A stretch of 64,000 bases of DNA from Octopus sinensis (lineage: Eukaryota): contig NC_043019.1 in NCBI RefSeq assembly GCF_006345805.1, forward strand, positions 32,549,360-32,613,359. The letters are read 5' to 3'. The translations under genes and the position numbers were made by a program. The notes below the pieces were generated by a model. The model was not told the DNA's origin, made no database searches, and saw only the letters and a program-made list of their open reading frames with translations. Shown piece by piece: positions 1-15,020 of this stretch; within the stretch, counting starts at the first letter, position 1; each line of letters begins with the position of its first letter.

Positions 1-76
1 GAAGAAGAAGAAGAAGAAGAAAGAAGAAGAAAGAAGAAGAAAGAAGAAGAAGAAGAAGAAGAAGAAGAAGAAGAAG
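1..76. repeat. (GAA)n microsatellite
   Basis: Direct reading. Confidence 0.95.
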
Positions 77-221
77 CCACAGCTGTGCGTATTCTGCCAT
101 AACACAGCCTCAATGATAGGTCAGAGGTAGATCATGATTATATTTTTGGTATTGTTACTGCTTCTGTTGTAAGTAATTATTTAAAAAATAAAAAAAAACT
201 GTAGGTGTTTGAAATAACTTA

Positions 222-875
<654 letters not shown>

Positions 876-1258
876 AGTAGAGAGAGTAAAATGTCTCTTG
901 TCTGTATGTGTGTGTGTTTGTATGTGTGTGTGTTTGTATGTGTGTGTGTGTGTGTACGTGTGGTTCTTTTAATTTTTTACTTGTTTCCTCATTGGTTTAA
1001 TGCCATATAGGAGAACTGACTGGAAGAGTTTTAGTCAAATGAATCAACCTCTAGTCCTCTATTTTGTTAAGCCTAGTACTAATTCTATTGGTCTCCTTTG
1101 CTGAACTGCCAGGTTACAGTGATGTAAACAAACCAAGACTGGTTGTCAAGTGGTGGTGAAGGACAAACACAAAGACACACACATACATACATACATACAT
1201 ACATACATACAGACAGACAGACAGACATACACACACACATACATACATATATACATAC

Positions 1259-1637
1259 AGTGCCGGTGGCATGTAAGAGAACCTTCCGTTTTGCGACCGT
1301 TGCCAGCACCGCCCCGACTGGCCTCGTGCTGATGGCACGTAAAAAGCACCATCCGTTCGTGTCCGTTGCCAGCCTCGCCTGGCCCTTGTGCCAGTGGCAC
1401 ATAAAAAGCACCATCCGTTCGTGGCCGTTTGCCAGCTCTGTCTGGCACCTGTGCGGGTGGCACGTAAAAAGCACCCACTACACTCACGGAGTGGTTGGCG
1501 TTAGGAAGGGCATCCAGCCGTAGAAACGCTGCCAGATTTGACTGGGCCTGATGAAGCCTTCTGGCTTCACAGACCCTAGTAGAACCGTCCAACCCATGCT
1601 AGCATGGAAAACGGACGCTAAACGATGATGATGATGA
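1259..1637 (+). mobile_element. Non-autonomous element with RTE-like 3' tail and internal ~57-nt subrepeats (family C)
   Basis: Ends CCAACCCATGCTAGCATGGAAAACGGACGCTAAACGATGATGATG. Repeated GTGCCRGTGGCACRTAAAAAGCACC units. Many copies in the window. Confidence 0.7.
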
Positions 1638-1952
1638 TACATACATACATACATACATAAGTAACAATTGATGGACAAGTGTCAATTCATTACAGCCGTT
1701 TCTAACGAATTTTTAAATTGATTAACGAGTGCATTATATCATTGTAAAAAAAAATATTTCACAATCAAGGACATTTAAAATAATTCAAAATCCATGGTGC
1801 ATACATATTTAGTGATTCTACAACTGGTCCTTGTGTACCAATGAAATAGGTACACTAAAGGTGATGGCCTCATGCCAAAATTAGAAGACATCAAAATAAA
1901 AATCAAATGGAAATTGTAGTTGTGACACCGTGCCCGTGACATGTGAACAGCA

Positions 1953-2300
1953 TGATGCCAGCACTGCCTGATGCCAGCACTGCCTGATGCCAGCACTGCC
2001 TGATGCCAGCACGACTGATGCCAGCACTGCCTGATTGGTGTCCATGTCAGTGACACGTAAAAAGCACCAACCGATCGTGGCTGTTCGCTAGCCTTAAACC
2101 TGGCCCCTGTGCCGGTGGCACGTAAAAAGCACTCACTACACTCAGGGAGTGGTTGGCATTAGGAAGGGCATCCAGCTGTAGAAACACTGCCAGATCAGAC
2201 TGGAGCCTGGTGCAGCCTCCTGGCTTCCCAGGCCCCAGTCGAACCGTCCAACCCATGCTAGCATGGAAAACGGACATCAAATGATGATGATGACGACGAT
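1953..2300 (+). mobile_element. Family C element preceded by a 16-bp minisatellite (TGATGCCAGCACTGCC x5)
   Basis: Same tail as 1259-1637. The 16-mer repeat is read directly at about 1953-2033. Confidence 0.7.
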
Positions 2301-3021
2301 GATTTATAATATCTGCTTGCTGGGGGTTAAACAACATCATCACCATCACCATCACCATCAGCAACAACCGAAACAACAAACACCACCACCATAACGACAA
2401 CAACAACAACAACAACAACAACAATCATCTGTGTGTCTCCTACAAAATAATATATCGTAATAATACATCATTATACATTTATGAAAAAGTAAATAGAAGA
2501 GCAGGAATAATTCTAATTTGATGGCTGCCTTGAAGTGTTCTTTGACACTTGCTTTCATATTTTATGTTCTCCCAACAGGAGGAATTATGATTTAATGAGG
2601 AATTCATCAAGATAACTAACAATCGTTAGCGAAACTCTTAATATTACGATTGACTTATCAGGCAGTAAATTACATGCTTTTAGTGCTGCTGTACTTTAGT
2701 TTAGCCCTAGGTCTGAGCCTCACTCAGTAGACTGACTGCTTTTGATGCTGCTGTAGTTTAGTTTAGCCCTGGGTCTGAACCTCACTGAGTAGACTATGAC
2801 CAAAGATGTTTCAACTATGACCACCTCGTCTTTTTTGTGGGGTATATAAGATGACATCATCCATTGTGCTCTTGCCTTCTCTTCCCAGATATAGCAGCAT
2901 ATGATCTGATGGAGATTTAACTGTTATTTTTAGCAGCATAAGTGACACTATAGAGGCTCCCTTGATGCACAAATCATGATGTTTATGCAGTTACACAAAA
3001 TACATAGTCGTATATATTCTT

Positions 3022-3260
3022 TTATTCTTTCATTTGTGTCAGTCATTTGAGTGCGGCCATGCTGGAACACCGCTTTTTAGTTGAAGGAATTGACTCCAGG
3101 ACTTATTCTTTGTAAGCCTGGTACTTATTCTATGGGTCTCTTTTGCTGAACCGCTAAGTTATGGGGGACATAAACACACCAACATTGGTTGCCAAGCAAT
3201 GGTGGTGGTGGGGGGAACAAACACAGACACACAACACACGCACACAACACATACGCACAC
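3022..3260 (-). mobile_element. SINE family A, 3' half
   Basis: Reverse complement of the family A tail (CTTTT..TTGTGTCAGTCATTTGAGTGCGGCCATGCTGGA). Confidence 0.75.
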
Positions 3261-3583
3261 ACACACATATACATACATACATAAATACATATAATAGTTC
3301 AGGATTCGAGTGAATCAGGTACTTAAATGGTAAGGCAGCAGATTGGGTCTCAAAAAATAATACGTGTACACAACAAAAATAGAGGAATACATATGCGGGT
3401 ACCAAAGTACAGGCAGAGAGATATTCAGGTTATGTATATGATTAACTGTACCTGACTGAGTACATCATGAGCCCTGAGGCTAATCAGGGAACACACATTG
3501 CACTAAATGTATGGTCCATGATATACTTTGGATCTATGCAATGAGCAGGTTCCAAGTGAGGTAAATAATAAATAAATAAATAA

Positions 3584-3712
3584 CAGACAGATAATGTGTC
3601 AGTCCTCTACAGCTGTTTCCAAAGAATTTTTAATTGATTAAAGGAGACATTGCATCATTATAAAAAAAAATCATTGGAAACAGCTGTAGTGTATTGACAC
3701 ATTATCCAACTG
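3584..3712. mobile_element. Small fold-back/MITE-like element with 33-bp imperfect inverted arms
   Basis: GATAATGTGTCAGTCCTCTACAGCTGTTTCCAA (3590-3622) versus TTGGAAACAGCTGTAGTGTATTGACACATTATC (3674-3706). A related head sequence lies at about 1668-1750. Confidence 0.6.
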
Positions 3713-3736
3713 TTGTTATTTATTTATCTATTTATT

Positions 3737-3823
3737 ACATACATACATACATATATACATATACACATACATATATACATACATACATATAGGCATATAC
3801 ACATACATACGTACATACATATG

Positions 3824-3855
<32 letters not shown>

Positions 3856-3887
3856 TGCATACACACATACATACGTACATACATACG

Positions 3888-3923
<36 letters not shown>

Positions 3924-4039
3924 TATGCATACACACATACATATGTACATACATACGTACATACATATGTACATACATACATACATACGTACATACATAC
4001 ATACATACATACATACATACATACATACATACATACATA
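3737..4039. repeat. (TACA)n compound microsatellite
   Basis: Direct reading. It is the source of several spurious MYVC/HTYI ORFs. Confidence 0.95.
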
Positions 4040-4120
4040 CAGGGGTTGGACAAAATAATGGAAATACCTAACATCATAGCATCATAATTTTGAAATATCT
4101 ATAAAACTGTCAAAAACACA
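4040..4120 (+). mobile_element. Tc1/mariner-like left terminal repeat, solo
   Basis: TA|CAGGGGTTGGACAAAATAATGGAAATACC resembles Tc1-type ends. No partner end found. Confidence 0.4.
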
Positions 4121-4374
4121 TTACTCTCCTAGCAACCATGACAATTCTAGCAATCAATTCCAGCCTCCTGCTTCCCATCACTCATGAATATGACCCTGAG
4201 GTCTTTGAACTGCTCCACTTGTTTCAGGGATGTTCCACTACAAGCAGACAGCACAGTATTTGTACCACAGATTTGGTAATTGTTTTAGGTGCCAATTTAG
4301 TTACAAGACATAGACAGCCCCTGAGACACCCACTCCACCAATACCACTGGAACTAATGGAACATTGAATATTTA

Positions 4375-4792
4375 GGTGCAGGAGTGGCTCTGTGGTAAGT
4401 AGCTTGCTTACCAGCCACATGGTTCCGGGTTCAGTCCCACTGCATGGCATCTTGGGCAAGTGTCTTCTACTATAGCCCCGGGCCGACCAATGCCTTGTGA
4501 GTGGATTTGGTAGATGAAAACTGAAAGAAGCCTGTCGTATATATGTATATATATATGTATGTTTGTGTGTATGTGTTTGTGTGTCTGTGTTTGTCCCCCT
4601 AGCATTGCTTGACAACCGATGCTGGTGTGTTTACGTCCCCGTAACATAGCAGTTCGGCAAAAGAGACCGATAGAATAAGTACTAGGCTTACAAAGAATAA
4701 GTCCCGGGGTCGATTTGCTCGACTAAAGGCGGTGCTCCAGCATGGCTGCAGTCAAGTGACTGAAACAAGTAAAAGAGTAAAGAGTAAAGAGT
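4375..4792 (+). mobile_element. SINE family A, full length
   Basis: Complete head, body and tail as in 439-875. Confidence 0.85.
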
Positions 4793-5184
4793 ATATGACA
4801 GCCAGAGGAAGGGTAAGGGCAGGGACAGATGTATGAGCACTAGACTGGTACTTGTTTTCAAGTGAGTAGATTAGTGGCATTTATTGCCATACTGCAAGAG
4901 AAACAAGCAGTTGTTACAGCAGTGCTTTGGGGAGAGAATAATCTCCCACTACAGCAATGTCAACTGGCCTTCATGTTCCTTAGACTTGACTAACTTGGAT
5001 TTTTTCTCTTGGGGATACCTGAAAGAGAGGGCTTACGTCGACATAATACTTGGTCCATGAACTGAACCCAAAACCACATGATCATGAGCTCAACGAACAC
5101 TAGGCTACACCGGCACATATGTATGTATATGTGTGTGTGTGTGTGTGTGAATCTATATATATTCATGTATTGCATATTTACATA

Positions 5185-5416
5185 TATATATATATTACTC
5201 CTTTACTTGTTTCAGTTATTTGACTGCAGCCATGCTGGAGCACTGCCTTTAATCGAGCAAATCGACCCCAAGACCTATTCTTTGTAAGCCTAGTACTTAT
5301 TCTATCGGTGTCTTTTGCTGCTGAACTGGCAGGTTACGGGGGACATAAACACACCAGTATCGGTTGTCAAGCGATGGTGGGGGGACAAACACAGACACAC
5401 AAACATATACACACAC

Positions 5417-5491
<75 letters not shown>

Positions 5492-5655
5492 TATGACGGG
5501 CTTCTTTCAGTTTCCATCGACCAAATTCACTCACAAAGCTTTGGTCGGCCTGAGGCTATAGTAGAAGACACTTGCCCAAGGTGCCACGCTGTGGGACTGA
5601 ACCTGGAACCATGTGGTTGGTAAGCAAGCTACTTACCGCACAGCCACTCCTATGT
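5185..5655 (-). mobile_element. SINE family A, full length, inverted relative to 4375-4792
   Basis: Reverse complement of the family A sequence. Confidence 0.85.
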
Positions 5656-5697
5656 CTCGCTCTCCCTTTGTCTCTTTTCTGTTCTCTATCTTTCTCT

Positions 5698-5734
<37 letters not shown>

Positions 5735-6879
5735 TAAAGAGAGTTTCAGGGAGGTATGATCGTAAAAAAAACATATATCTTCATATTGACAGCACTCAGA
5801 TAAACTTCATATTTTCAAGATTCTTGACTGGAAGGAAGCTCGTTAATTTAATTAAACTTAATATTCATTATCATACAGCAAAACAATTTCCCCCCAGAAT
5901 GAAACAGCTAAAGAAAACAAAACACACACACACACACACGCACAAACAAAAAACCCCACACATCTGCCCCCTACCAAAATAAATAAATAAAGACAGGAAA
6001 AAAAAAGGAAGAAAAAAAAACATACTAGTAAACAAAACACAAAATTGCATTTCTGATGTCAGAAATAAGATAATAATAGTAATTATGCTGTGAATGTTAA
6101 TTAATATTGTTATAATCTACTTTAGGAGAACATTTAATTACTGAACTTATCAACTTAAAATACCTCTTAGTCTTTTTAGCAGATACTCAAGACTGTTCTG
6201 TTATCAAACTATCTACATCCATGTAGTTTCTTATGTTATTAACATAGCTTTACATTTGTTTCGGGGGATGGTGGGTTATATATTTTCTTATAAGTGTTGT
6301 TTTTGTTGAAGTTGTTCTTATTATGGTTAAGATGGTGGCATTTATTGTCATGAGTGTTTTGATGGTGATGGTGGTTGTTAATTACAGCTAGTGGTGACTG
6401 TCGGTGTTGTTATTAGTCATGTTAGTAGCAGTTTACGTCCATGTTTTTGTTGTGGTGGTGGTGATGAGTGGTAACAGTTGCTATTGGTGTGGTTATGGCG
6501 GTAGTGGCCATGCTACTGGTCTTGTTGTGATAGTGTTGGTGTTGTTGCGCATCTTGATGTTATTGTCGTAGTAGTGGTTGTTAAGCTTTTCACTGTGATA
6601 GTAGTAGTAGTGGTAGTGGTGGTGATGATCTTTGCTACAGTGGTTGTTTCTTGTTGTTGTTGCTGTGGTGGTGATGATATCACTGTGGTTGTTGCTGTTG
6701 ATGTGGTGGTGGATGTTGTTATTGCTGTTACTGAGCAACTGCTATCTCTCTGCTTCAGCAGCAGACTTGCATTCCATTGGGAAGCCTTGACTCTCCAAGA
6801 GTCCTTTGTTAATCTTTGAAATACCATTTCCAATACCAATGTACTCTACACCCCTCCCCCCAGCTGTTCCTGAAATAGG

Positions 6880-7204
6880 GGGAGTGAGAGGGGGAGGAGA
6901 GGGGGATAGAGAGAGAAGGGAGATGTGGGTGGACGAGAGAGGGGAGAAAAGAGAGAAAGAGGAGAGAGGGGAAAGAGAGGAGAGAGAGGAGAGAGAGAAG
7001 GGAGAGAGAGGAGAGAGAGGAGAGAGAGAAGGAAGAGAGAGATGAGAGAGAGCGGAGAGAGAAGAGAGAGGTGAGAGAGAGAAGGGAGAGAGAGGTGAGA
7101 GAGAGGGAGGAGAGAGAGAGGAGAGAGAGAAGAGAGAGAGAGAGGAGAGAGAGAGAGAAGGGAGAGAGGAGAGAGAAGGGAGAGAAGGAGAGAGGTGAGA
7201 GAGA

Positions 7205-7235
<31 letters not shown>

Positions 7236-7250
7236 GAGAGAGAGAGATTG
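6880..7250. repeat. GA-rich low-complexity tract
   Basis: Direct reading. Confidence 0.9.
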
Positions 7251-8709
7251 AAGGAAATGCAAAAAAGGAAAGCTAGAGTGCCTTGCACAATATATTTCAG
7301 GATACTCAGTGAAGTGTTTGGTGTTAGGAAGGGCATCTGGGCGTAGAAACCATGCTAAATCAGACTGGAGTCTGGTGCAGCTCCCCAGCTTGCAAGCTCT
7401 GGTCAAACCGTCCAACTCATGCCAGCATGGACAACGGACGATACATGAGGATAATGATGTTGATTTCAGAGGTGTACTTGTCATGTAAATGATTTGAGCT
7501 GAGACCATGGGTTGAAAGCAAAATGATTGCAGTATGGAAGACAACACATGTTAATCATTCAGAAACGCATATCTTTTATCCCCTTTTCTTCCTTCTTTTA
7601 CTTGTTTCAGTCATTTGACTTTGGCCATGCTGGTGCATCACCTTGAAGGGTTTTAGTCAAACAAATCGATGCCAGGTCCAACAAAAGCCTTTGTGAGTCG
7701 ATTTGGTAGATGGAAGCTGAATAAAGCTCATTGTATATCGATCTCTTTTGCCGAACCGCTATGTTACGGGGGTGTAAACACGCCAACATTGGTTGTCAAG
7801 CGACGTTGGGGTGGACAAACACACACACACATATATATACATACTTATACATATATACGATGGGCTTCTTTCAGTTTCCGTCTACCAAATCTACTCACAA
7901 GACTTTGGTCGGCCCGAGGCTATAGTAGAAGACACTTGCCCAAGGTGCCATGCAATGGGACTGAACCTGGAACCATGTGGTTGCCACACAGCCACTCCTG
8001 CACCATGTATGTATGTATGTATATATAGATATACATATACATATGTATATGCATATGTGTGTGTGTGTCTATGTATGTGCATGTCTTTGTGCCTATGTTT
8101 GTGACCCATCACTTCTTGACAACTGATGTTAGTTTGTTTACATCCCTGTAACTTGGCAGTTCAACAAAAGAGATCAATAGAATAAGTACCAGGTTATTTA
8201 AAAAAAAAAAGAATTAGGTTCAGTTTGTTCAATTAAACCCTTCAAAGTGGTGCCCCAGCATGGCCAAAGCCCAATAACTAACACAAGTAGTAAAGGACAA
8301 AAGAGGAATCTCATAGACAACCATTTCCTTAGTTCCCTTAGTGTTTATTAGTAGTGGTAGCCATGAGTGGAGCATAAGTGATTAGTGATGTCAGCACCTA
8401 TTGCATCTGTACGGATGGAGAAAACAGCATTTTTCAATGTCAGAAAGAGGAAAATATTCAGTGAATGTTCATATGTCATATTCTACTTTTCCGCAACATT
8501 AAAGTTTCGACTTAGTAATTTCAGGAAAGGAAAGAATTGGAGCCGCTTTTTGGTCTGTCATTTTTGAGGGATTATTTCCTAATGCATGTGTGTCTGTGTG
8601 TCCGTGTGTGCGTGCATGTATATGTACGTATATGTACGTATATATATGTATGTGTATATGAAAGAGAGAGAAAGATTGAGAAAAATGTTTATGTACTTTA
8701 TTATTATTG

Positions 8710-9510
8710 CTAGAGTTATTATTATTATTATTATTATTATTATATTATTATTATTATTATTATAACTATTATTATTATTATCAAGGCGGTGAGCTGGCAG
8801 AATCATTAGCATGCTGGATGAAATGCTTAGTGGTATTTTGCCTGCTGCTGTGTTCTGAGTTCAAATTCTACCGAGGTCGACTTTGCCTTTCATCCTTTCA
8901 GGGTCAATGAAATAAGTACCAGTTATGCACTGGGGTCGATGTAATCGACTAAACCCCTTCCCCACCAAATTTTCAAGGCCTTGTTGTCTAGAGTAAAAAT
9001 AATTATTATTACTATCATCATTAATAAGGCAGCGAGCTAACAGAATCATTAGCATGCCATGTGAAGAGTTTAACAGTATTTCGTCTGCCACAACATTCTG
9101 AGTTCAAATTCCACTGAAGTCAACTTTACTGTTCATACTTTCTGGGTTGATAAAATAAATACCAGTTGAACACTATGGCTGATGAAATTGACAAGTCCCT
9201 TCCCACGAAATTTGAGGCCCTGTGCCTCCAGTAGAAAAGATTATTATTACTACTACTACTACTACTACTATTATTATTATTATTATAAAGGCAGCGAGCT
9301 GGCAGAATTGTTAGCATGCCGGGCAAAATGTCTAGCATTGTTTCATCCGTTCTTAGGTTTTGAGTTCAAATTCTGGCAAGGTTGACTTTGCCTTTCACCC
9401 CTTTGGGAGTCAATAAAAATAAGTACCAGTGGAGTACTGGGATTGATTTGACTATCTCCACCCGCAAATTTCAGGCCTTATGTCTATCACAGAAAGGATT
9501 ATTATTATTA
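8710..9510 (+). mobile_element. Tandem array of three SINE family B copies separated by (ATT)n/(ACT)n
   Basis: Each copy reads AAGGCRGYGAGCTGGCAGAA..TTCTGAGTTCAAATTC..GTCGACTTTGCCTTTCATCCTTT..AAGTACCAG..CTGGGGTCGATG and ends in ATT repeats. Confidence 0.8.
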
Positions 9511-10085
9511 TTTTGGTTTGGTTCCAGTTCGGTCTTATCCCTGGTTGGAATTATGTGGACGGTGGGTTACTACCTGTAACCTTAGGTAACCACAAACTTT
9601 CTGTAGGAGCTCTACCAGGCATTCTATTTCAATCTCCTTCAGCCATTGGTCTATATTTTTGCTTACTGTTCCCTACGCACCAATTATTAGAGGCACAACG
9701 TTCACTGTTCGCATGCTCTAAATTCTTCCTATTTCAAATTTGAAGGGATTGTATTTTTTCTTTTTCTTTCGTTACAATCCTGGAATCAAACGGGCATGAG
9801 GGGGTCAATCAGTACGCAATTTATTCTTTTACTTGTTTCACTCAATTGACTGCGGCCATGCTGGAGCACCGCCTTTAGTCAAACAAATTGACTCCAGCAC
9901 TTATTCTTTGTAAGCCTAATGCTTATTCTATCAATCTCTTTTGCCAAACTGCTAAGTTACAGAGACATAAACACACACACACCAGTTGTCAAGTGATGGT
10001 GGTGGTGGTGGTGGTGGTGGGGGACAAGCACAGACAAACAAATACATACATACATACATATATAATAATAATATATAACATAAGG

Positions 10086-10189
10086 GACGTTAGCCATCTG
10101 AATGTGGCTAGGGACAGGCAGGGCGGTGGGGGTGGTTACTGATGCATTAGCCCCAGGTGGTCCCTAGCCACATTCAGATGGCTAACGTC
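10086..10189. mobile_element. 104-bp element with a perfect 30-bp terminal inverted repeat (MITE-like)
   Basis: GACGTTAGCCATCTGAATGTGGCTAGGGAC (10086-10115) is the exact reverse complement of 10160-10189. Confidence 0.75.
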
Positions 10190-10231
10190 TATATGGTTAC
10201 TGTCTATATCTCGTTAGAGAATTATTATTGC

Positions 10232-10281
<50 letters not shown>

Positions 10282-10282
<1 letters not shown>

Positions 10283-10845
10283 TATAGGTGTGGCTGTGTG
10301 GTAAGAAGCTTGCTTCCCTGCCATATGGTCTGTGTTTACTCCCACTGCACGGCACCTTCGGCAAGTGTCATCTACTGACCAAAGACTTGTAAGTGGATTT
10401 GGTAGACAGAAACTGAAAGAAGCCCATCACATATATATATGCATGCAGGCATTGCTGTGTGGGTAAGAAGCTTGCTTCCCAACCACATGGTTCTGGATTC
10501 AGTCCTACTGCACGGCACCTTGGGCAAGTGTCTTATATTATAGCCTCAAACCAACTTGTGAATGGATTTGGTAGACGGAAACTGAAAGAAGACTATTGTA
10601 TATATGCATATACATATCCATGTGCATGTGTCTTTGTGTCTATGTTCGTCCCCACTCCACTGCTTCAAAAGCAGTGTTAGCATGTTTACATCCCTGTAAC
10701 ATAGTGGTTCGACAAAACAGACCGATAGAATAAGTACCTGGCTTATAAACAGTACTAGGGTCAATACATTCGACTAAAAATTCTGCAAGGCGATGTCCCA
10801 GCATGGCCACAGCGAAATGACCAATGCAGGTAAAAGATAAAAGAT
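10282..10845 (+). mobile_element. SINE family A with duplicated head
   Basis: Two successive GGCTGTGTGGTAAGAAGCTTG heads (about 10290 and 10452), then a full tail. Confidence 0.75.
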
Positions 10846-10862
10846 ATATATATGTATGTATG

Positions 10863-10920
<58 letters not shown>

Positions 10921-11071
10921 TGTTGTATGTATTATATACACTGGTTTACAATTTGTCTCTGTAGATCGTTTTTACATACACACACACACACACAAATACA
11001 CACACTTACACAATAAAATGCATACACACAAACACAAACGATCACAGGCCGGCATTTAAATGTCTTTGTAT

Positions 11072-11104
<33 letters not shown>

Positions 11105-11105
11105 C

Positions 11106-11208
<103 letters not shown>

Positions 11209-11574
11209 GTATGGAAGTGTGTATATCTGTGTAGTATATCACAGTAATATTTGCAGCTCTTCTCCTCTGTTGACTCCATAAAGAAGAAATGAAAGCTAAG
11301 ACAGATGTGGAAGATACAGATGATGTGATGTGAAAAACATACTTATGAATTAATGTGTCTAGTAAAAATGTTGCTCAGTTTACTGGGCCATAGGTCAGTA
11401 AACCAGTGTGTTGTCTATTAGCGAGTGATAGTGTTCCTTGCCACTTTCTGCCAACTTGAATTTGGTGAGAAAAGGTAATCATCTGGAGAGAGCAACAACT
11501 AGTAATGTGTATTCAAGCTAATAAGACATTAAAATCTATATTCATCATTATTTTTTTGCCTTTATGAGATTGTG

Positions 11575-11615
<41 letters not shown>

Positions 11616-11733
11616 GTTTTGTGTATGTGTGTGGTGTGAAGATAGCATAAAATGAATAAAATTAGGTATTTATATTACATTATAATATATTATACATACA
11701 TGCATAAATATATACATATATGTATGTATAGAG

Positions 11734-11843
<110 letters not shown>

Positions 11844-12127
11844 ACATTCATACATATATATACATATACATACACGCATGCGTATATATGTATATAAATA
11901 TGCATATATGTACATTACATATATGTACATTACATATATGTATATGTACATATGCATATACATATATATCTAAATCTATATATATATATATATGTATGTA
12001 TATAGATATATATATATATTATATATATATATAGTAACAGAAAGGGAAGAATTTCGATTACATTAAAAAATATATTAAAACTATGCAAAGTGTGCAGTTC
12101 CCTTCTTTTATTTCAAAATATATTTTT

Positions 12128-12212
<85 letters not shown>

Positions 12213-13013
12213 CACACGTGTGTGTGTGTGTGTGTGCATATATGTGTTGTATGTATATATCAAATATATTTTACTATTCATATATATATATATATCATGC
12301 TTGAAGTACTTTATATAATATATAGAATATATATGCACAGATGTGTGTGTGTGTTCTTTAGTTTATCTTAGTCATGCTGGAGCAGTATACAAGAGGATAC
12401 CTCTACACACACACACACACACACTGAACATTAAACTGATATGTCAAGTTCTTATACATGTGTGTTTATATTTTAAATACACACATACACACACACATTT
12501 ATGTTTAATGTATTTAGGCTGTACACATATCAACGTATTTTCTCTGCTTGCTTTATAATAAATACACACACACACACACATGCACAACGCACATACATAT
12601 ACAGTTTTCTAATATTACTTATCAAATGTGTGTGTGTGTGTGTGTGTGTGTGTACGTGTGGAAGTGTGTCTATGTGCGTACAAGAAAAATGAGTGAGAAT
12701 GATAATAAGAACAGCTTCTATACTTTTATAGTATGTGTGTGTGTGTGTGCATGTCTTGTATTTATTTTAACTTTTCACCATGAAATTCTTGGAAACCTCC
12801 CAAAAAGTCTTTGAAAAAAATAACGGATGGGGTAGGGCTGGGGGTGGCAAGGTGTGGCGTGGGGGATTTATTAGGCAAAATAGTATGCAGTTGATAAAAA
12901 CAGAAGAGAGAGAGACAAGGAAAGAAAAAAAAACAGAAAACAGAAGAAAGCATACAACACACAAACGCATATGTATATATGTATAGATACACACACAAAC
13001 ATATATATATATA

Positions 13014-13045
<32 letters not shown>

Positions 13046-13070
13046 AATTACATCTGTAAGTATATTATAA

Positions 13071-13111
<41 letters not shown>

Positions 13112-13378
13112 CATACACACACGCACACACGGAGGTGGTGGAGAGATAATGGTGTCTGGGTGGGTGGGGTATGGCAGGGGTTGCGAGAGGTGGGTGGGGA
13201 ACGGGTAGGGGTTGTGAAGGGGGGTTACGTTTTTGGGTAATATGTTAAGTAGTACAGAACATTCGAGATTGTCAACCTCTATTTTAATGCCAAAACTGAA
13301 GAGATGATAAATCACAGACTACTGAAGAGAGAGAGAGAGAGAGAAAGAAAGAGAAGGAAGGAAAGGGAGAGAGAGAGG

Positions 13379-13436
<58 letters not shown>

Positions 13437-13578
13437 TAGGTGTTGGAGATTATTTAGAAAAAATTCCAGCATTATCTTCTAATTTAATAAGAAACCTCTT
13501 TCAAAAGACAACTAGCAATCAATCTCTCACTCACTCAGTTTGTGTGTGTGTGTGTGCGCCTCCTCCTCCTCCTCATCA

Positions 13579-13618
<40 letters not shown>

Positions 13619-13974
13619 GTCGTCGTCGTCGTTTAACGTCTGCTTTCCATGCTGGCATGGGTTGGACGAGTAGTCTGAGGACTGGCAAGTCAGGAGACTG
13701 CGCCAGGCTCCAATCTGATCTAGCAAGGTCTCTACAACTGGATGCCTTTCCTAATGTCAGCCACTTCAAGAATGTAGTGGGTACTTTTTATGTGACACCA
13801 TCAATGGAGCCTGTCAGGCGGTACTGGCATTGACCACATCTGAAAGGTGCCTTTTGCATACCACTGGCACAGGAGCTAGTCAGGTGGCACTGGTATCAAC
13901 AACATTTGAATGGTACTTTCTACGTGTCACTGGCACAGGAACCAGTCTGGCACCACTAGCATCATGCGTATGTA

Positions 13975-14011
<37 letters not shown>

Positions 14012-14076
14012 CATATGTATGAATGTGAGAGCATGTGTGTGTATGTATACATATATAGTATATATATATATGTATG

Positions 14077-14112
<36 letters not shown>

Positions 14113-14418
14113 TATATATAGGTGAGGGTGTGCATGTGCAAAGATGTGTGCATGTAAGTATATGTGTACATATATTCATATACATCTGCATATGTATATA
14201 TTCGTGCGTGTGTATGTGTGTGTGTTCACCACAACAGAATTGGTACCGGTGCTGGTGCCACATAAAAAGCACCCAGTCCACTCTATGAAGTAGTTGGCAT
14301 TGGGAAGTGCATCCAGCCACAAAACACATGCCAGAACAGACAATGGGCCCCAGCACCGTTCAAACCATCCAACCCATGCCAGCATGGACTATGAACATTA
14401 AATGATGATATATATATA

Positions 14419-14830
14419 GGTGTAGGCATGGCTGTGTGGTAAGAAGTCTACTTCCTAGCCACATGACTCTGAGTTCAGTCCCACTGTGTGGCACCTTGGA
14501 CAAATGTCTCCTACTGTAGTCTCGGGCAAATCAAAGTGAATTTTTGTAGACAGAAACTGAAAGAAGCCTTTTATATATGTATGCGTATATTGATATTATA
14601 ATATATATATATATACATGTGTGTGTGTGTTTGTCTTTGTGTTTGTCCCCCACTGTCATTTGACAACCGGTGTTGGTGTGTTGATGTTCCCTTAACAGTT
14701 TGATAAAAGAGACTGATAGAATAAGTACCAGGCTTTACAAAAATAACAAGTACTGGGGTTGATTTGTTTGACTAAAATCCTCTTCAAGGAGGTGCCCCAG
14801 CATGGTCATAGACAAACAAGTAAAGGATAA
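14419..14830 (+). mobile_element. SINE family A, diverged full-length copy
   Basis: Family A head, body and tail. Confidence 0.75.
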
Positions 14831-14846
14831 TATTTTATATATATAA

Positions 14847-14895
<49 letters not shown>

Positions 14896-14984
14896 CAGAC
14901 AGATTGATAGATAGATGGACAGACAGACATATAGCTTGATAGATAGATAGATAGATAGATTGACAAACAGACATATAGTTTGAT

Positions 14985-15020
<36 letters not shown>

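Noticed and set aside
1544-1575. CUGAUGA followed by a GCC/GGC hairpin as a hammerhead
   Set aside because: There is no GAAA or stem III. It is a mutated copy of the family C sequence CCTGGTGCAGCC.
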